DNA of 64,000 bases, taken from positions 24,448,206-24,512,205 of the forward strand of contig NC_092400.1 in NCBI RefSeq assembly GCF_030028105.1, in the 5' to 3' direction. This document shows, in pieces, positions 63,242 through 64,000 of the stretch. Made by a program: the position numbers and the translations under genes. The notes below the pieces were generated by a model. That model saw only the letters and a list, made by a program, of their open reading frames with translations. It ran no database searches and was not told the origin of the DNA. Numbering within the stretch: position 1 is the stretch's first letter; the number at the start of each line of letters is the position of its first letter. This stretch comes from Mobula birostris. Taxonomy: Eukaryota.

Positions 63242-63488
63242 TTCAAAGTTTAAAGAAAATTTTATTATCAAAGTACATATGTGTCACCACATACAACCCT
63301 GAGATTCATTTTCCACGGGTATACTCAGCAAATCTATAGAATAGCATTGATAACAGGATCAATGAAAGATCAATCGGAGTGCAGAAGACAATAAACTGTG
63401 CAGATACAAATATAAATAAATAAATAGCAATAAGTAACAAGAACATGAGATAAAGAATCCTGAAGGCAAGATCTTTGGTTGTGGGAAT
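63242..63488 (-). mobile_element. Rex1/Babar 3' UTR fragment
   Basis: Homologous to the reverse of 18480-18700. Confidence 0.78.
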
Positions 63489-63489
63489 A

Positions 63490-64000
63490 TTTCTTTCTTT
63501 TTCAATATTTTTATTGATTTCTTACATAAAAGAATACAGAGTACAGTAGGATATATAATATATATCAATTACAACATATTGGAATCACAAACATAGTCTC
63601 GTTACCCCATATCCGTATATATTAAATTTAAACATAATACTGAAAAGAGATAATTTTATTATACAAAAAAAAATCTAAACCCACTACCAGAAAAAAAACA
63701 GCTGTTTGGTTAAAAAAAAGGAAAGGAAAAAATCCTTATCATATAATAAAACATATTGTTAGCCAACATCTGTGCTTAATAGCAAATCAAAGATTTTGAA
63801 AATAATTCAAAAGAGGTCCCCACAATGTTAAAAAATCTTGTCTAGGTTCAGAAATTGAACAGTGAACCTTCTGTAAATTTAAGCATGACATAACATCATG
63901 TAACCAATGAGTATGAGTAGGTGGAGTGACATCCTTCCACTTAAACAACAATGCCCTCCTGGCTATAAGAGACATAAAGGCCAAAATATGCAAATCATGT
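63490..64000 (-). mobile_element. L1-clade (fish L1/Swimmer-type) LINE 3' end, running off the window
   Basis: ORF2 C-terminus IARRALLFKWKDVTPPTHTHWLHDVMSCLNLQK...LWGPLLNYF-stop; T-rich 3' UTR, AATAAA and A tail. Confidence 0.85.

Noticed and set aside
1-64000. CRISPR array, operon or prokaryotic defence system
   Set aside because: No regularly spaced direct repeats and no gene-dense coding; the content is vertebrate interspersed repeats.

Overview
Repeat-dense vertebrate non-coding DNA (intronic or intergenic). The repeat inventory points to a cartilaginous fish, probably a ray; this is inference from CR1/HER1-type LINEs, V-SINE/HE1-like SINEs, Penelope elements and Rex1/Babar fragments. 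No intact host gene, RNA gene or CRISPR array is visible. Every long ORF is a decayed transposon ORF or a chance reading frame in a GC-rich repeat. Notable items: (1) a near full-length R4/Dong-type restriction-like-endonuclease (RLE) retrotransposon at 12876-19290 (-), split by three later insertions, whose protein looks arthropod-like; (2) about a dozen Penelope terminal-repeat pieces, several with minimal hammerhead-ribozyme motifs, including a fold-back copy and an RT-less element; (3) an RTE LINE with twin-priming inversion geometry; (4) several non-autonomous families (a structured RTE-type SINE, a YY1-headed ~650 bp retroposon, a double-hairpin Tc1 MITE, Harbinger and hAT MITEs); (5) five solo LTRs; (6) one plausible host coding exon at 40959-41210 (-). 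Family names come from motif recognition, not database searches. Boundaries are approximate unless a target-site duplication (TSD) is quoted.
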